This document shows positions 60,823 to 64,000 of a stretch of DNA of 64,000 bases, in pieces. The notes beneath the pieces were generated by a model, which was not told where the DNA came from, did no database searches, and worked only from the letters and a program-made list of their open reading frames with translations. A program made the translations under genes and the position numbers. Position 1 is the stretch's first letter. The number at the start of each line of letters is the position of its first letter. The DNA is taken from NCBI GenBank assembly GCA_045116915.1, contig JBGUMQ010000035.1, positions 2,242 through 66,241 of the forward strand. The letters are read 5' to 3'. The DNA is from Sphaerochaetaceae bacterium. Its GTDB lineage: Bacteria; Spirochaetota; Spirochaetia; Sphaerochaetales; Sphaerochaetaceae.

Positions 60823-61902
60823 ATGATGCTCAAACTCAGAGAAAACAGCAAATACGATCTTGTCTGCCCCACCAGCATGGGTGTGAGGATAACGCCGGTC
60901 AACAGACTGCCCGTGCATACCAGCCGTCTGTTCGAGCTCCAGGCCACCAGCGCCGAGAGCAACGTCCTGAACGTCAGCGCGTCGCTCGGACTCAGGACAA
61001 TGGTCCTGACATCGTTCGTCAAGGACAGCCCGATCGCCCAGTTCATCAAGGCAGAGCTCAGGTTCAGGAACATAGAGTACTGCGGACCTGAAGTGGAGCA
61101 GGGCGGAGCCTGGGGCTACAGGCACCAGTTCAACATCGCCGACAGCGGTTTCGGAAGCCGCGGACCCAGGGTCTGGAACGACAGGAGCGGAGAGGTCGGA
61201 AGAACGCTCAAGGCAGAGGACTTCGATCTTAAGAAGATATTCGAGGAAGACGGTGTGAGGATCCTCCACCTTTCAGGTCTGATCGCGGCCCTCAGCCATG
61301 AGACCACCATGTTCTGCCTGGACGTCGCAAGAGCGGCCAAGAAGAACGGAACCCTGATCTCGTTCGACCTCAACTACCGCGCATCGTTCTGGAAGGGCCG
61401 TGAGGCCGAGCTTTCCGCCGCATTCGGCGAAATCGCCTCGGTCGCGGACATCCTTGTCGGAAACGAGGAGGATTTCCAGCTCTGCCTCGGCATGAAGGGC
61501 CCGGAGGCCGGCGGAAAGGACCTTTCCAACAAGATCGGCCAGTTCAAGGGAATGATCGGCGAGGTCAAGAAGGCCTATCCGAACGCACAGGTCTACGCCA
61601 CGACACTCAGGGAGGTCGTGAGCGCCAACGAGCACAACTGGGGCGCCCTGGTCAGCGTGGGCGACTCATGGTACGAGGAGCTTCCCAGACCGATCCAGGT
61701 CATGGACAGGATCGGCGGCGGCGACGGATTCGTCAGCGGTCTGCTCTATGCCATCCTCTCCGGCAAGGCCGAGGAGGAATGGATCAGGTACGGCTGGGCG
61801 GCGGGAGTTCTGGCCGCAACAGTCCTTTCTGACTACGGTACGCCGGCCGACGAGGACCAGCTGATGTCCATCTACAAGGGCAACGCGAGAGTCAAGCGCT
61901 GA
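60823..61902 (+). CDS. Divergent PfkB-family sugar(-acid) kinase
   Basis: 359 aa. C-terminal DRIGGGDGFVSGLLYA (PfkB GxGD motif). The N-terminus differs from that of the kdgK at 53183. Confidence 0.7.
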   Translation: MMLKLRENSKYDLVCPTSMGVRITPVNRLPVHTSRLFELQATSAESNVLNVSASLGLRTMVLTSFVKDSPIAQFIKAELRFRNIEYCGPEVEQGGAWGYRHQFNIADSGFGSRGPRVWNDRSGEVGRTLKAEDFDLKKIFEEDGVRILHLSGLIAALSHETTMFCLDVARAAKKNGTLISFDLNYRASFWKGREAELSAAFGEIASVADILVGNEEDFQLCLGMKGPEAGGKDLSNKIGQFKGMIGEVKKAYPNAQVYATTLREVVSANEHNWGALVSVGDSWYEELPRPIQVMDRIGGGDGFVSGLLYAILSGKAEEEWIRYGWAAGVLAATVLSDYGTPADEDQLMSIYKGNARVKR

Positions 61903-61919
61903 TATAAAAGGAGTTTATC

Positions 61920-63374
61920 ATGGCAAAGAAAGCGGATATTGGATTGATCGGACTTGCCGTCATGGGCGAGAACCTCGTCATGAACATGGAGTCCAAGGGC
62001 TTCACGGTCGCAGTCTACAACCGGACGGTCTCCAAGGTCGACGACTTCGTCGGCGGCCGCGCCAAAGGCAAGAACATCATAGGATGCCACAGCATACAGG
62101 AGCTTGCCGACAATCTGGAGAGACCCAGGAAGGTCCTCCTCCTGGTCAAGGCCGGCCAGCCCGTCGACGACTTCATCGAAAAGCTTCTCACGGTTCTTGA
62201 GCCGGGCGATGTCATCATCGACAGCGGGAACAGCCATTTTCCCGACACCATCAGAAGATGCGCATATGTCGAGTCCAAGGGCCTCCTCTACATCGGAACC
62301 GGAATCTCCGGCGGTGAGGAGGGCGCCCTGAAGGGTCCTTCCATGATGCCCGGCGGATCGCCTGAGGCCTGGCCCCTGGTCAAGCCGATCTTCCAGGCCG
62401 TCTGCGCCAAGGTCGAGGACGGAAGCCCCTGCTGCGACTGGGTCGGCAACGGCGGTGCCGGACATTTCGTCAAGATGGTCCACAACGGGATCGAGTACGG
62501 CGACATGCAGCTCATCTGCGAGGCCTACCAGCTCATGAAGGACCTCCTGGGAATGACGCCCGACGAGATGCACGAGGTGTTCACGCAGTGGAACAGCACT
62601 GAGCTGGACAGCTATCTGATCCAGATCACAAGCGAGATCCTCGCCAAGAAGGACGAGGACGGACAGCCCCTGGTCGACAGGATCCTGGACACCGCAGGCC
62701 AGAAGGGAACAGGCAAGTGGACGGGAATCGCCGCCCTTGACGAGGGTGTCCCCCTCACGCTGATCGGGGAAGCTGTGTTCGCCCGCTGTCTCTCCGCCAT
62801 GAAGGCCGAGCGTGTGGAGGCCTCCGGAGCATACAAGGTCGTCCGCGGGAAATACGACGGCGACAAGGCACAGATGATAGAGGATATCCGCAAGGCGCTT
62901 CTGGCATCCAAGATCATCTCCTATGCCCAGGGTTACGTGCTGATGAGGGCCGCCGCGAAGAACTACGGCTGGCAGCTCAATTACGGCGGAATCGCCCTGA
63001 TGTGGAGAGGCGGATGCATCATCAGGTCCACTTTCCTGGGAAAGATCAAGGAAGCCTATGACAGGAACCCCGAGCTTTCCAACCTGCTTCTGGACCCGTA
63101 CTTCAAGTCCCTGATCGAAAGCCTTGTACCGTCATGGAGGAAGGTCGTCGCCAACGCCGCGCTCTGCGGAATCCCGACGCCGGCGTTCTCCAGCGCACTG
63201 AGCTATTTCGACGGCTACACCACCGACAGGCTGCCGGCCAATCTCCTGCAGGCGCAGAGGGACTACTTCGGAGCCCACACATATGAAAGGACAGACGCAC
63301 CTCGCGGACAGTTCTTCCATACCAACTGGACGGGTGAGGGTGGTTCCACCTCGGCTTCCACCTACAACGCCTGA
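61920..63374 (+). CDS. gnd: 6-phosphogluconate dehydrogenase (decarboxylating)
   Basis: ADIGLIGLAVMGENLVMNMESKGF, GTGISGGEEGALKGPSMMPGG and HTYERTD are canonical Gnd motifs. Confidence 0.95.
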   Translation: MAKKADIGLIGLAVMGENLVMNMESKGFTVAVYNRTVSKVDDFVGGRAKGKNIIGCHSIQELADNLERPRKVLLLVKAGQPVDDFIEKLLTVLEPGDVIIDSGNSHFPDTIRRCAYVESKGLLYIGTGISGGEEGALKGPSMMPGGSPEAWPLVKPIFQAVCAKVEDGSPCCDWVGNGGAGHFVKMVHNGIEYGDMQLICEAYQLMKDLLGMTPDEMHEVFTQWNSTELDSYLIQITSEILAKKDEDGQPLVDRILDTAGQKGTGKWTGIAALDEGVPLTLIGEAVFARCLSAMKAERVEASGAYKVVRGKYDGDKAQMIEDIRKALLASKIISYAQGYVLMRAAAKNYGWQLNYGGIALMWRGGCIIRSTFLGKIKEAYDRNPELSNLLLDPYFKSLIESLVPSWRKVVANAALCGIPTPAFSSALSYFDGYTTDRLPANLLQAQRDYFGAHTYERTDAPRGQFFHTNWTGEGGSTSASTYNA

Positions 63375-63386
63375 TGGGGAAAGGCA

Positions 63387-64000
63387 ATGCTGACTGAAAA
63401 AGAGATAAGGGACATGGTCGTGGCGGCGCTGGAACAGCGCAAGCCCAAGAACGTGCTCATGGTCGTTCCCGACTACACGAGGTGCTTCTCCAACGCCGGC
63501 CTGATCGCGAACATCGCCTACCACTGGTGCGTGGAGAACAATGTGGGGGTCGAGCTCCTGGAAGCCCTGGGAACACATGTGCCCATGACGGAAAGGGAGA
63601 TCAGGGCCATGTACGGCGACATCCCCCTGGACAAGTTCCACGGCCACGACTGGCGCAACGACGTGGAGAACATAGGGGAGGTGCCCGCATCATTCGTGGA
63701 GGAGGTCACAGAGGGCCTCTGGAAGAAGGGCGTCGCCGTCGAGGTCAACAGGATGGTCCTGGACCCGGCTTATGACCTTGTCCTTTCCATCGGACAGGTC
63801 GTCCCCCATGAGGTGATAGGCATGGCCAACCAGGCCAAGAACCTCTTCGTCGGAGCCGGCGGGTCGGACATGATCAACCAGAGCCACATCATCGGTGCCG
63901 TCTACGGCATGGAGAGGATGATGGGACGCGACTTCACGCCTGTCAGGAGGATATTCGACTATGCCTATGAGCATTTCCTCTCCAAGAGGGCCGACATCCT
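63387..64000 (+). CDS. LarA-family (nickel-pincer dependent 2-hydroxyacid racemase/epimerase) protein, 3' end beyond the window
   Basis: The frame is open from ATG 63387 to the window end, so it is absent from the ORF track. PDYTR, LGTHVP, VPHEV, NQAKN and NQSH align by eye with the LarA motifs DHTR, GFHRP, ESH, GGRK and ANH. Confidence 0.6.
   Translation, partial: MLTEKEIRDMVVAALEQRKPKNVLMVVPDYTRCFSNAGLIANIAYHWCVENNVGVELLEALGTHVPMTEREIRAMYGDIPLDKFHGHDWRNDVENIGEVPASFVEEVTEGLWKKGVAVEVNRMVLDPAYDLVLSIGQVVPHEVIGMANQAKNLFVGAGGSDMINQSHIIGAVYGMERMMGRDFTPVRRIFDYAYEHFLSKRADI

Noticed and set aside
1-64000. A search of the whole window for rRNA, tRNA, CRISPR arrays, IS elements, integrases, and phage or known multi-gene defence systems (RM, CBASS, retron, Abi and similar).
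   Set aside because: I could recognise none. All intergenic regions are short except 21.9-22.55 kb, and none shows a tRNA-like cloverleaf, repeat-spacer periodicity or transposase/integrase ORFs. hipBA and fic are the only toxin-like modules.

Overview
A gene-dense, GC-rich 64-kb chromosomal segment. By eye most coding DNA is in the high-50s % GC, but I did not compute this. I found no rRNA, tRNA, CRISPR array, transposase or integrase. The host appears to be a diderm bacterium, possibly a Sphaerochaeta-like member of Spirochaetota. That guess rests only on gene order (rpsB-tsf-frr-uppS-cdsA-dxr-rseP without pyrH; rpsF-ssb-rpsR-yybS-rplI-dnaB) and on the Wzi-like outer-membrane proteins.

Layout:
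(1) 1-19.2 kb, housekeeping and transport: hflC (partial), metG, a divergent murD-like ligase, a cation/proton antiporter, asnA, two tandem Wzi-like outer-membrane barrels, metNIQ, a livJHMGF-type operon and a CBS-ACT protein.
(2) 19.2-22.6 kb, a small accessory islet: hipBA, an HTH-Fic protein and a roughly 630-bp very AT-rich ORF-free stretch bounded by a strong terminator.
(3) 22.6-26.0 kb: an acyltransferase / GT8 / GT8-acyltransferase operon.
(4) 26.1-36.9 kb, conserved core: a bS22-like micro-gene, rpsF-ssb-rpsR-yybS-rplI-dnaB, converging on rpsB-tsf-frr-uppS-cdsA-dxr-rseP.
(5) 37.1-64 kb, a large pectin/hexuronate utilisation locus: a 1043-aa sugar-binding, pseudo-histidine-kinase, AraC regulator; an LplABC-type ABC importer; a GH105-GH28 fusion; DapA-like, GarR and GarD-like genes; a Gfo/Idh/MocA oxidoreductase; a ConA-like plus beta-propeller protein; kdgK; eda; an SDR; a TIM-barrel isomerase; kduI; uxaE-like; a mannitol-DH-family reductase; a second PfkB kinase; gnd; and a partial LarA-family gene.

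The best novelty candidates are:
- a Met-codon-rich leader mini-ORF with its own promoter inside metNIQ;
- a fossilised hybrid two-component regulator in which Glu replaces the phospho-acceptor His;
- a possible LarA/PfkB/Gnd shunt from mannonate to the pentose-phosphate pathway;
- a possible oxidative glycoside-cleavage module;
- the mirror-image acyltransferase/GT8 operon.

All functional calls come from reading the translated ORFs and recalling family motifs. No database search was run.
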